A DNA stretch of 64,000 bases from Desulfobacterales bacterium. GTDB lineage: Bacteria; Desulfobacterota; Desulfobacteria; Desulfobacterales; UBA5616. The stretch spans positions 1 to 64,000 of the forward strand of contig JAWODC010000090.1 in the NCBI GenBank assembly GCA_046483495.1, given 5' to 3'. The position numbers were made by a program, and so were the translations under genes. Shown here one piece after another: positions 27,255 to 36,965 of the stretch. Positions within the stretch are counted from its first letter, which is position 1. Every line of letters begins with the position of its first letter. The notes below the pieces were generated by a model. That model saw nothing but the letters and a program-made list of their open reading frames with translations. It had not been told where the DNA came from and ran no database searches.

Positions 27255-28622
27255 ATGAGCACACCGTCAAATGCACTCGAAAGAATGGTTGCGGCATTCA
27301 GGATGGGTGCCAATATACCGGAGGATATGGATTTTGAATCACCCGAAGTGAAAATGCTGCTGGACAGCATGCCCGAGCGGCAGCGAAAAATGTTTCTGAC
27401 CATGGCGAAGGACCCGGATATTCGGAAAATGTCCAACGTGTTCAACCGGGGGATGGGAAACTACTGGGAGAGTGTCCTTACCGCAAAGGACAACGGTAAA
27501 AAGGTGGTTTTCATTCCATTCAATTTCTCTCCCGAGATCTTCTATGCCCTGGACATGGTGCCGGTGGGGGTCGAAATCCTGGACACCATGACCATGACGC
27601 TCGAAGAAGGCATCCATCCTTACCTGGATCTGGCCGTCGAACGGGGGCTTCCGGATACCATGTGCTCGGCTCAGCGGGCTGTTGTCGGCTTGCTGGAAGC
27701 CGGTGTTCTCGGAAAACCCGACCTGTTGGTCAACGGGGCCCTGGGAGGCTGTGACCCGAATACGAAAGTATTCGAATATATGGGGGAGAAGTTCGACATT
27801 CCTACACTGTTTATCGACGTCCCCTACTATCACGATCGAAGGTCGTTTAAGTACTACACCGATGGCTTCAAGGAAGTCGTTAAGGTTCTCGAGGAAATTT
27901 CCGGGAACAAGCTCGACGAAGACCGCCTTCGGGAAGTCTGCACACTCTCCAACCAGGCGAACGAACTGGCCATGGATATTACCGACCTCAAGCGCCATGT
28001 CCCCAATCCGGTTCCCAATTACTACAACATGAACCACTTGGCGACGAAACTTACCAAGCTCGGGACTCAAGACGCCGTCGATTTCTATGAGATAGCTTTG
28101 GACCGGTGCATGGACCGTTTCAAAAAAGGAAAACATGTACTGCCCGAAGAGCGCATCCGGTTCATGTTCATGTACACGGGATTTTATTTTGACAACTCCT
28201 TTCACGCATGGTTCCAGGAAGAAATGGGCGTTTCCTACCTTATGGACCTTCTGATTTTTGCCGACCATACGCCGTATATCGACACCCGCGACACGGAGAC
28301 CATGCTGGCCGGTCTTGCCGCCGTCAATATGAATCTTCCCATGACGCGACAGTTGAAGGGCAGCCACGACCTTCACGGCGGGTGGGTATCGGATCTTCTC
28401 TACTATGTGGAAAAATACAAAGCGGACTGCATCGTATTTACCGGCCATGCCGCCTGCAAGCAGGTTTGGGGCGTCTACCGCATTGTCGCTGACCGAATAC
28501 AGAAGGAACTCGGTGTTCCGGCATTGCGAATGGAGGTCGATGGATGGGATTCCCGCATCACATCCATGGAAGTTATTCAAGATCAACTGGAAGAATTCCT
28601 GGAAACCATCAGTCACACCTAA
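27255..28622 (+). CDS. 2-hydroxyacyl-CoA dehydratase / benzoyl-CoA reductase subunit (HgdA/BzdO-like)
   Basis: PEIFYALD, GLPDTMCS, GGCD, GHAACK, QLEEFLE. Confidence 0.85.
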   Translation: MSTPSNALERMVAAFRMGANIPEDMDFESPEVKMLLDSMPERQRKMFLTMAKDPDIRKMSNVFNRGMGNYWESVLTAKDNGKKVVFIPFNFSPEIFYALDMVPVGVEILDTMTMTLEEGIHPYLDLAVERGLPDTMCSAQRAVVGLLEAGVLGKPDLLVNGALGGCDPNTKVFEYMGEKFDIPTLFIDVPYYHDRRSFKYYTDGFKEVVKVLEEISGNKLDEDRLREVCTLSNQANELAMDITDLKRHVPNPVPNYYNMNHLATKLTKLGTQDAVDFYEIALDRCMDRFKKGKHVLPEERIRFMFMYTGFYFDNSFHAWFQEEMGVSYLMDLLIFADHTPYIDTRDTETMLAGLAAVNMNLPMTRQLKGSHDLHGGWVSDLLYYVEKYKADCIVFTGHAACKQVWGVYRIVADRIQKELGVPALRMEVDGWDSRITSMEVIQDQLEEFLETISHT

Positions 28623-28634
28623 GGAGAATTTATC

Positions 28635-29438
28635 ATGATTGCTGCCGGATGCGATGTCGGGTCATTGTCCGCTGAGGCCGTTATTTTAGAAGACGACGAA
28701 ATCAAAGCCGCTGAAATTATCCGGGTCAGACCCCGGGCCGAGCAGTCGGCCCGGGAAGTCATGGATCTGGCGCTTTCAAAACTCAAGCTTTCTTACGAAG
28801 ACATCGACTATATTGTTTCCACCGGATACGGGCGGGAGACCATTCCTTTTTCGGACCACAACATCAGTGAAATCTCCTGCCATGGAAAAGGCGCCTTTTT
28901 CCTGGCACCCGGCATACGGACCGTCATCGATATCGGCGGGCAGGACTGCAAGGCCATTCGGGTTGATGAATACGGGGGACTCGAAGACTTCGTCATGAAC
29001 GATAAGTGTGCGGCCGGAACGGGACGCTCCCTCGAATTGATGTCCCAGTACCTCGGGGTTGATTTTTCCGAACTGAGCGGACTTGCCCGGCAGGCGGAAC
29101 AACCCCTCACCATCACGAGTCAATGCAGTATTTTTTCAGAACTGGAAATCATGCATTACCTCATGGAAGATAAAAATCCTGCGGATATAGCCGCCGGAAT
29201 ATGTGAATCCATGGCCAGACGGGTCAAAATGCTTGCCGGACGTGTGGGCGTAAAACCGGAGATCACCATCACCGGAGGCGTCTGTAAAAATGCTGCGGTC
29301 GTATCTTATCTCGAACACATGCTTGACATTGAATTTGTGCCGCTCACCGAAGACCCGCAGATTATCGGAGCGCTCGGTGCGGCCGTTTTCGCCGGTGAAC
29401 GCTGCCGACGGCTGAAAAAGAAAGCCCGGACCGCTTAA
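28635..29438 (+). CDS. ASKHA ATPase activator 1 (HgdC/BzdQ-like)
   Basis: GCDVGS, TGYGR, DIGGQDCK, MNDKCAAGTG, SQCSIF, GALGAA. Confidence 0.92.
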   Translation: MIAAGCDVGSLSAEAVILEDDEIKAAEIIRVRPRAEQSAREVMDLALSKLKLSYEDIDYIVSTGYGRETIPFSDHNISEISCHGKGAFFLAPGIRTVIDIGGQDCKAIRVDEYGGLEDFVMNDKCAAGTGRSLELMSQYLGVDFSELSGLARQAEQPLTITSQCSIFSELEIMHYLMEDKNPADIAAGICESMARRVKMLAGRVGVKPEITITGGVCKNAAVVSYLEHMLDIEFVPLTEDPQIIGALGAAVFAGERCRRLKKKARTA

Positions 29439-29460
29439 TGCGTTAAAGGAGGTATCGAAA

Positions 29461-30246
29461 TTGATATACGCCGGATGTGATTTAGGAACCATTTCTGCAA
29501 AAGCCGTTCTTATCGATGACCGAAATATTCTGGCCGTCAGCATTCTTCCTTACAGCAGCCTGCCCCGACAGGCCGCCTTCCAGGTGCTGGAAAAGGCCCT
29601 GGCTGATGCCGGTTTGGATGAAAGCCAAATTGCTTTCTGCCTGGCCACCGGTTTTGGAAAAAAGGCCGTGCCCTTCGCAAACGGCGATATCCCCGAACTG
29701 ATCTGCTTAAGCCGGGCTGCAAAAGCGCTGAACCCTGAGATTCGCACCGTCATCGACGGCGGCGGCCAGAGCATCAAAGCATTCAACATGGATGCGGGCG
29801 GAAAGGTCACGGGATCATCGACCAACGAGAAATGTGCCTCAGGGACGGGAAAATTCATGGAAGTTATGGCCCACGCACTCGAGATGCCTGTCGATTCATT
29901 GAGCCGGTCGGCTTTGGCTTCGACGCATCCACTGCCGATTACCAGCCAGTGCGGGGTTTTTGCGGAAAGTGAAGTCATCACCCATGTCAATGACGGAAAA
30001 GACCGGCTGGACATATTTGCCGGGATTTCCTTATCCGTCGCCGGGAAGATCGCCGGAACCGTGCGGCGCATTCATCTTGACGAACAGGTGGCGATGGTCG
30101 GCGGCCTGGCTAAAAATGAGATCGTCGTCAGGGATCTGCAGAATGAACTGAACATAACACTTGCCGAGTATGCCATGGATCCACAGGCCCTTTCCGCCTA
30201 TGGAGCCGCTTTAATGGCCTGTGAAAAATGTCCCGTGTCGCTTTAG
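29461..30246 (+). CDS. ASKHA ATPase activator 2 (HgdC/BzdP-like)
   Basis: GCDLGT, TGFGK, DGGGQ, NEKCASGTG, SQCGVFAESEVI. TTG start with SD AGGAGG. Confidence 0.9.
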   Translation: MIYAGCDLGTISAKAVLIDDRNILAVSILPYSSLPRQAAFQVLEKALADAGLDESQIAFCLATGFGKKAVPFANGDIPELICLSRAAKALNPEIRTVIDGGGQSIKAFNMDAGGKVTGSSTNEKCASGTGKFMEVMAHALEMPVDSLSRSALASTHPLPITSQCGVFAESEVITHVNDGKDRLDIFAGISLSVAGKIAGTVRRIHLDEQVAMVGGLAKNEIVVRDLQNELNITLAEYAMDPQALSAYGAALMACEKCPVSL

Positions 30247-30260
30247 CGGATGTGAAAGCC

Positions 30261-31190
30261 ATGCCCCAAATGCGAACGCTGATCATGATATCCGGGCTGT
30301 CGGAGCGTTCCGGCGTTCCGGTGTCCACCATAAAATTTTACATCAGGGAAAAGCTGCTGCCTCCCGGTGTCAAGGCGAACAGAACAACGGTCTATTACGG
30401 CCGGGAGCACATCAACCGGCTTCGTCTTATCAAGCATCTGCGAGGGGAAGGGTATTCGCTGAGGCGGATCAAGTCCCTTTTGAAAAACCAGGTTATCGTC
30501 GATCGGAGTGAATCCTCGACGCCTTCCGCAAGACGGGAGAACATCATCGATGCGGCTGCCCCGCTGTTTATGAAATACGGGCTGGAAAGGACTTCCATAA
30601 CCGATATCACGCAATCGGCCCGGATCAGCCGGAATACCTTTTACCGCGAATTCAAGAGCAAACGGGACGCATTCGTCGCCTGTCTGGATAGAATTTTCAC
30701 GGATATGATCGATGCCTTCAATAGCGACATCAGCAGCAAAATGGCCGTTTCCAGGGAAAACGGCGTATGGGATTTTTTGGGTATACAAACCTCCTGGAGC
30801 GACTTTATGAATTTGCTGGGCGCCACTATCGTCAATGATCCGCCGCTGCTCAACAGTATGCTGGATGACTTTATCCAGAGGCGGGCCCGTCGGATTTCAT
30901 GCGGATTCGATCATTATGTCGAAAAAGGACGTATACGGCCGGTGGATACGGGGCTGTTGGGGCTTATCGTTCTGGGCATGATCGATTACTGCAGCCGTTT
31001 TTTGCGCAACGGCACATTCACCGATGCCGAAGAAATGTATGCGAAAGCGATCGATATCCTGATCAACGGCATCAAGAATTCCGAAAAGGAGAAAGCCGCA
31101 GCGTCTTCAGAGGGCGGCACGGCAAACCGCATCAGGGCAAGACATATGGCGCGGGTCGGCAAAGCAGCGGATTCTGTCGGTCACACCTGA
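30261..31190 (+). CDS. MerR-HTH + TetR fusion transcriptional regulator
   Basis: ISGLSERSGVPVSTIKFYIREKLLPP (MerR) followed by RENIIDAAAPLF...TSITDI...ISRNTFYREFKSK (TetR). Start uncertain. Confidence 0.85.
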   Translation: MPQMRTLIMISGLSERSGVPVSTIKFYIREKLLPPGVKANRTTVYYGREHINRLRLIKHLRGEGYSLRRIKSLLKNQVIVDRSESSTPSARRENIIDAAAPLFMKYGLERTSITDITQSARISRNTFYREFKSKRDAFVACLDRIFTDMIDAFNSDISSKMAVSRENGVWDFLGIQTSWSDFMNLLGATIVNDPPLLNSMLDDFIQRRARRISCGFDHYVEKGRIRPVDTGLLGLIVLGMIDYCSRFLRNGTFTDAEEMYAKAIDILINGIKNSEKEKAAASSEGGTANRIRARHMARVGKAADSVGHT

Positions 31191-31328
31191 AGCCGGCCGC
31201 GCTGAAACGGCATATTTCCGCTGCGACTTTTTCAACAGCCTGCATACAACTGTGTTTGGAAGTGGTCTCAAAACGTAATTGCAGTATATTTTTTCCATGC
31301 GAACCGCTAAACCGGAAGGGGGAGGGTC

Positions 31329-32585
31329 ATGGCTTCAATTGAAGATCTACGAAAAAAATATCTGGGTGCCATCGACGCAACGGATGAAGACATGCAGATC
31401 GTCAGTGCCGTTCGTGAATATGTCGACAAGGAAATCATGCCCCGTCGGCAGGACCTTGACGGAGGCTGGCACCGAGACGAAAAACTGGCCGCGGAAACAT
31501 TTTTAAAAGTGCACCAGGGACTGGTGGATATCGGGGTTCAGCGCGCCATCTATCCTGAAGAATTCGGGGGTTTAGGAGTCAGCGGCATCGCCGGGGAAAT
31601 GATAACCGAAGAAATATCCCGGGGTGATGCCGGGCTTGCCACCCACATGGGCATTATCAACTGGGTTATGCTACCGGCCTTGAGAGCCGGACGAATGGAC
31701 CTGCTCGAACAGTTCATACCCAAAATCTGTGATGACTCCCCCCACGGATGCTGCATGGCGATTACCGAACCTTCCGGCGGCGCCAATGCCGAAGATCCGA
31801 CCCAGCATGGGCAAACCATACGCACCATTGCCGTGCTCGATGGAGACGAGTATGTCATCAACGGCCACAAAATCTGGCCCAGCGGCGCCAGTATTGCAGA
31901 CGTTACCTACTGCACCATTTGCACCACGGACCCGGACACGGGGGATGAGGGTATCGCCCTGATCTACGTTCCTCCGGATGCCAAGGGGATGACCTTCTCG
32001 AAACCCTTTCAGAAAATGGGTATGTGCTGGACGGACACCAACACGGAAATTTTTTTCGATAATGTCAGGGTTCCCAAGGAAAATCGGGTCGCCGGGCCCG
32101 GGGAAGATGCAAAAATACTGCATGACATCGTCGGTGTGGGGCGGATCGGCACCTGTGGATTCGCGCTTGGCGCGGCGCAGGCCTGCATGGAAATCGTCCT
32201 TGAATGGACCAAAAGCAGGGAGATCGCCGGAAGGCCCGTCCGTGCACGATCGATGCACGCCGGAATCATCGGTGAAATGGCGCTTAAAATCGAATCGGCC
32301 AGGGCATACGCCATACAGGTCCAACGCATGATACGAAGCGGCCGTTACGGCACTGCGGGCGAGCCTCTGCTTCTTTCGAAATGTTCCGCCGCCAAGGCCT
32401 ATACGTGCGACATTACCCTCTGGGTAGCCAATAAAGCCATGGAGTTGATGGGTTCCTACGGGTATGCCTTTGACTACAATGTCGAAAAGTACTTGCGGGA
32501 CGTGAAAATACTTCAGCTGTGGCTGGGTGGTCCTCAGCGGGCCCTGCTGGACACGGCATTGGGGTACTACCGCTTCGACTGGTAA
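31329..32585 (+). CDS. Acyl-CoA dehydrogenase family protein (atypical active site)
   Basis: AITEPSGG, VINGHKIW, KMG, FFDNVRVP, MGSYGY..DYNVEKYLRD. Confidence 0.9.
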   Translation: MASIEDLRKKYLGAIDATDEDMQIVSAVREYVDKEIMPRRQDLDGGWHRDEKLAAETFLKVHQGLVDIGVQRAIYPEEFGGLGVSGIAGEMITEEISRGDAGLATHMGIINWVMLPALRAGRMDLLEQFIPKICDDSPHGCCMAITEPSGGANAEDPTQHGQTIRTIAVLDGDEYVINGHKIWPSGASIADVTYCTICTTDPDTGDEGIALIYVPPDAKGMTFSKPFQKMGMCWTDTNTEIFFDNVRVPKENRVAGPGEDAKILHDIVGVGRIGTCGFALGAAQACMEIVLEWTKSREIAGRPVRARSMHAGIIGEMALKIESARAYAIQVQRMIRSGRYGTAGEPLLLSKCSAAKAYTCDITLWVANKAMELMGSYGYAFDYNVEKYLRDVKILQLWLGGPQRALLDTALGYYRFDW

Positions 32586-32642
32586 ACTTCAGGCCGATTA
32601 GGCAAGGCAACGAAAATTACCCAGCCGCAAGGGAGATGATCG

Positions 32643-33920
32643 ATGACATCATTTAAACGGACCCGGGAAATGGTTGAAAATCGTATCCGGCCGGGGATTG
32701 AAATGCTTCAAACCATGAGTGATCATCCTGATATCCGCCTCCAGCTGCTGCGGCTTGAAGATGCGCACGGCCGGCTGGATGACCTGTTTGCCGCGGCTGA
32801 AGATACGAACCGGAAAGTGGCCTTATTCGAATTCGGATTAACCCCCCAACTTTTTTATGCATTCGATTGTGCGCCCCTTTGCCTGGAAACGTTTCCCATG
32901 ATGTTCACCGCCGGAAACAAGGAAGTCTTTTACGACTTTATCGAAAAGGCGGAATCCTCCGGGCTGCCGTCGGATGTCTGCTCCACCGACCGTTTCATCA
33001 TGGGTGCGGCATTGTCGGGAGAATTTCCCGAAAACGCGTGCTTCGTGACCTGTTCGGCGCCATGCGACGGCACCCGCCTCGCCTACCCTGTCATGCAGCA
33101 GGCGACAGACATTCCCACTCTGTTTCTTGAAGCGCCCTATACCTACGGAAAAGAGGCGGCCCACTGGTACGGGCAGCAAATCAAACGGGAATTGATTCCG
33201 TTTCTGGAAGAAGTCACGGGAAAAACGTTCGACCTTGAAAAATTCCGGCGCATCGTGGAAGAATCCAACAGGGCCTACGAACTTCTCGTCGATATTTCAG
33301 ATGCCTATACGATGAAACCCTCCCCGCTGCCGGCATCCCTGCGCGGATTTCCCTATATGAGTTTTATCGGTTCGGCCGGACATCCCCGCAACACGAAAAA
33401 CACCGAAACGTTTCACCGGGAAGTATACCGGCGAATCAAAGCGGGCATCACCAACCCCTTTGAAGAAAAGCACCGGGTGATGTGGGGCCATGTCCCACCC
33501 ACCTTTGACAGCGAATTTTTCACCTGGATGGAAACCGAACTCGGGGCATGCGTGATCACATCCATGCTGGCGTCCTCACCGATTCTGCGGCCCATCGATA
33601 CCACGGACCTCGATACCATGCTCGAAGGGTATGCCTGGCAGGGATTGGATTTGACCATGTCGCTCATGCGGTATGACACGCGCAAACTGATCGAATACAC
33701 GATGAATACGTTTCACCAGTACCGATGCGACTGCATGATTTTCACCCTCCACGTGGGGTGCAACAGCATCTGCGGCGCCGCAGGCATCATGCGCCGTTAT
33801 TTTCAAAAAGAGGGCATCCCCGTGCTGTTTATCGAGCTGGATTACAACGATGACCGTGTCTTATCGGCCGAACCCATGAGAGAGCAAATCGAAGATTTTT
33901 TCGCCACGATAAACGCCTAA
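32643..33920 (+). CDS. Second HgdA/BzdO-like dehydratase/reductase subunit
   Basis: PQLFYAFD, GLPSDVCS, APCDG, HVGC, QIEDFF. Confidence 0.85.
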   Translation: MTSFKRTREMVENRIRPGIEMLQTMSDHPDIRLQLLRLEDAHGRLDDLFAAAEDTNRKVALFEFGLTPQLFYAFDCAPLCLETFPMMFTAGNKEVFYDFIEKAESSGLPSDVCSTDRFIMGAALSGEFPENACFVTCSAPCDGTRLAYPVMQQATDIPTLFLEAPYTYGKEAAHWYGQQIKRELIPFLEEVTGKTFDLEKFRRIVEESNRAYELLVDISDAYTMKPSPLPASLRGFPYMSFIGSAGHPRNTKNTETFHREVYRRIKAGITNPFEEKHRVMWGHVPPTFDSEFFTWMETELGACVITSMLASSPILRPIDTTDLDTMLEGYAWQGLDLTMSLMRYDTRKLIEYTMNTFHQYRCDCMIFTLHVGCNSICGAAGIMRRYFQKEGIPVLFIELDYNDDRVLSAEPMREQIEDFFATINA

Positions 33921-33924
33921 TGTT

Positions 33925-35058
33925 ATGGAAATGCATATGGAAAGCCTGGCATTTTTCAGAGAGGCAGCCGATCATCCTGCCGCCGCAGAAGCGCTCAACC
34001 GGCGCACGAACGGCGGCCGCATTCTTGGAACACAATGCTCCGGCATACCGGAAGAAGTCATTCATGCCGCGGGCATACTGCCGATCAGGGTTCGCGCACC
34101 CGGACTTGCGGACACGAAACATGCGGATGCCCACCTGCACCGAATCAACTGCTCCTACACGCGATCGGTGCTGGAATACCTCATCCTGGGCAAGCTGGAT
34201 TTTTTGGACGGCTTCGTCGCGACCAACACCTGCGATCACCATCTCCGCCTGGTCAGTGAGGTGGCGGATAAATCCGAATACGCCTTCTTCCACTATTTCC
34301 AAATGCCGCACACCACGACAGCAGGCGCCAAACAATGGTTCATCCAGGAGATGAAACGCCTGATCGAGCATTTAGAAGAACACTTTCACCGAAGCGTTTC
34401 ACACGACGATCTGAGGCATAGCATTTCGGTTTACAATCGAACACGGCAGCTCATGGCCCGGCTGAACGACATGCGAAAAGCACAGTCTCCCCCATTGACA
34501 GGTGCGGAATACATGCAGATCGCCCTCGCCGGAATGACCGTTCCCAGAGAAATGTTCAACGAGAAATTAGAAGCGCTGCTGCCGCATCTCGAAAGCCGCC
34601 GCAACTCGGAAAACCCTCTGCCCCGGCTCATGATGATCGGGGGTGCGTGTGATTCACCGGCTTTTATCGATTTTATCGAAAGCAGGGGCGCCCGGGTCGT
34701 GGCGGATGGATTCTGTTTCGGTCTTCGTCACTATATGAATATGATCGACGAGGGTTTATCGGATCCTCTCGAGGCGATCGCAGATCGATACATGTCACGA
34801 ATTCCCTGCCCGTCGGTCATTGACGGCTTCGATAGAACCTATGCAGTCATCAAAAAAATCATCGAAGATTTCGATATACAGGGCGTCATCAGCGCCCGAT
34901 TGAAATTCTGCGATCATTTCGCCGGATTGCGAAAACTGCTTGCCGACCGCCTTCGGCGGGATGGCGGCGTGCCGGTAATCGAGCTCGAGCGGGAGTATAA
35001 CACGATCAAATCGGGACAGATCAGCACGAGGGTTCAGGCGTTTCTCGAGATGCTTTGA
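33925..35058 (+). CDS. Second HgdB/BzdN-like dehydratase/reductase subunit
   Basis: CSGIPEEVIHAAG, NCSYTR, NTCDH, LKFCD, GQISTRVQAFLEML. Confidence 0.9.
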   Translation: MEMHMESLAFFREAADHPAAAEALNRRTNGGRILGTQCSGIPEEVIHAAGILPIRVRAPGLADTKHADAHLHRINCSYTRSVLEYLILGKLDFLDGFVATNTCDHHLRLVSEVADKSEYAFFHYFQMPHTTTAGAKQWFIQEMKRLIEHLEEHFHRSVSHDDLRHSISVYNRTRQLMARLNDMRKAQSPPLTGAEYMQIALAGMTVPREMFNEKLEALLPHLESRRNSENPLPRLMMIGGACDSPAFIDFIESRGARVVADGFCFGLRHYMNMIDEGLSDPLEAIADRYMSRIPCPSVIDGFDRTYAVIKKIIEDFDIQGVISARLKFCDHFAGLRKLLADRLRRDGGVPVIELEREYNTIKSGQISTRVQAFLEML

Positions 35059-35225
35059 AAAAGCGGCGCCCCATACTTTCCGATGGTCTATGCAGCTTTT
35101 ACAAGCTATCTCAAAATAATCTTTTGTCCCAATATCTTCGTTTGAACCTCATGTCAAGTCATCAACATACATGAGTATGCCTGCGGCTTAACATGCGGTT
35201 TTGTCTTGATCTTGAACCAAAATAT

Positions 35226-36965
35226 TTATTTTGGGATAGCTTGTAGTATGCGTTGCCGCAGCAAATGTTCGAGCCCATCGGAAAGGTGATGAATGCTTTT
35301 TAAAAAATAGAGGTGTCCGGGAGGAAAAAATTCCCTCAAAAAGTCCCGTGTCTGGCGGTTGCATCCACATCCGAGTGTCACCACGTCGATGGCGTGGCTT
35401 CGACAGTACCCAAGGGCTTCCCCAAGGCTCAAACCGCAATTGGCCGCACCATCCGTAATATGAATGATCAACCGGTTTTTTCCGCTCTTCTTCCGCAGCA
35501 TCGCTGCAGCCATTATGGCCTGTCCCGAGGGTGTCCGTCCCGAAGGCGTGACGGAATAAACGGTTTTGCCGTGATACAGCCGCGTCAACAGGCAGACATG
35601 CCGTTCCGCGTGATAGGCGTATATATCAAAAACATTCCCGTATCCCCGTGCGGCGGCTGCGAGGGATACAAAACTCTTTTCAGCGATTTCCCACGGCCTT
35701 CGCGACCGGCTGCCGGTGCGGCCCGGTTCCTCTTTGCCGCTCATGGATGCCGATGCATCCGCAACGATGCATATGTGCCGGTACTTGTCTTCTCCCGGTC
35801 CCTGCCTCTTTTTGAACACCTTGCCGTCAAGGGGCACCCGGTAAAGCCGCGCCGGGTCCAGTTTGCCCTCTTTCAGGCCTCGCCTGACGTGCCGAATGCG
35901 CGCCCGGCGGATCATCGAATCCTGCTTTTTAAAGATTTTTCTCAATCGTCGGACCTGAACGGCGTCAGGTGAAATGCTTGAAACCACTTCGCCTTTTACG
36001 AGCCGGGTTTCCATGGGGCGGGCTCCGGGTTCATCCACAGCAACGGCCGTGCTGTGCAATTTCAGCGGCTCTTCCTGAAGGTATGCATTCACCTCCTCGG
36101 CCAGTCCCTGACGAAGCCCCTGTGCAAATTCCGTCTCCTCACGGCCGTTCGAATCCTCATTTTCAGCGTCATCTTCCCCGATATCCACATTTTTTTCAGG
36201 ACCCGCTTCATCATACATATTCACCGCATCCGGGTTCAATGCAAACCGGCGCCATTGGGATACAACCGGTTCAACCTCATGCCACATCATTCGGTAAATG
36301 CCTGTTCTTTCTTTTCTTCTGGCGCTCATGGCATCGTGTGCCGCCACTGCCCGAATGCGTGCCCTATACGGCGCTAAAACGGCAAAAAGCTCCGTGTAAT
36401 AAAAATGAAGATGGTCCGGAATACGGCCGGTGAACCCGTAACCCTGCCAGACGGCGAACGCGCTTTCCGCAGTCGGGGGCAGGGCCGGATCTCTTGTGTT
36501 TTCCGAAAAGGCGCGGCGAAAAAACCGCGATAAATACAAGTGCCAAATGCTGTCTTTTACCAACTCATAAATGTAAATATTTTCCGAAGCGGTAACCAGG
36601 TTGTCGAGGTAAGGCATGGTATGCTCATCGAGGTTTTTAAACGGTGCCGCGGTATGTTTCCTCACCCATTCATGAAATTCCATGGCCAGAAACCCCTCAC
36701 GCACGACCTGGCCGACAAGCTGGTCGTACGTGTCGTGTGGGATCGGGTATTCCCCTTCTGTTTTTTCCGGATCCAGCAAAATAAAACGGCCGTCATCTGC
36801 AGTCATTCCTTTCCAGTATACGGGTTTGACGGCTTTTCCGATATGACCGGCCACCTTTCGCACGGCCCTTAAGGCAAGGGCCAATTCAGCGGTTTCATTG
36901 GAAGAGCGGTTGATGCGCCAATACTTGGAATAGCTCGTGGGCGTGATCGCCGGCGGTAAATTCAT
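35226..36965 (-). CDS. Second VWA-domain protein (paralog of 20956..22638)
   Basis: YWRINRS..E..ELA.ALRA.RKV.GH.G, GKLDPARLYR, DASASM, PSGRTPSGQAI, IHITDG. Confidence 0.85.
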   Translation of the reverse strand: MNLPPAITPTSYSKYWRINRSSNETAELALALRAVRKVAGHIGKAVKPVYWKGMTADDGRFILLDPEKTEGEYPIPHDTYDQLVGQVVREGFLAMEFHEWVRKHTAAPFKNLDEHTMPYLDNLVTASENIYIYELVKDSIWHLYLSRFFRRAFSENTRDPALPPTAESAFAVWQGYGFTGRIPDHLHFYYTELFAVLAPYRARIRAVAAHDAMSARRKERTGIYRMMWHEVEPVVSQWRRFALNPDAVNMYDEAGPEKNVDIGEDDAENEDSNGREETEFAQGLRQGLAEEVNAYLQEEPLKLHSTAVAVDEPGARPMETRLVKGEVVSSISPDAVQVRRLRKIFKKQDSMIRRARIRHVRRGLKEGKLDPARLYRVPLDGKVFKKRQGPGEDKYRHICIVADASASMSGKEEPGRTGSRSRRPWEIAEKSFVSLAAAARGYGNVFDIYAYHAERHVCLLTRLYHGKTVYSVTPSGRTPSGQAIMAAAMLRKKSGKNRLIIHITDGAANCGLSLGEALGYCRSHAIDVVTLGCGCNRQTRDFLREFFPPGHLYFLKSIHHLSDGLEHLLRQRILQAIPK

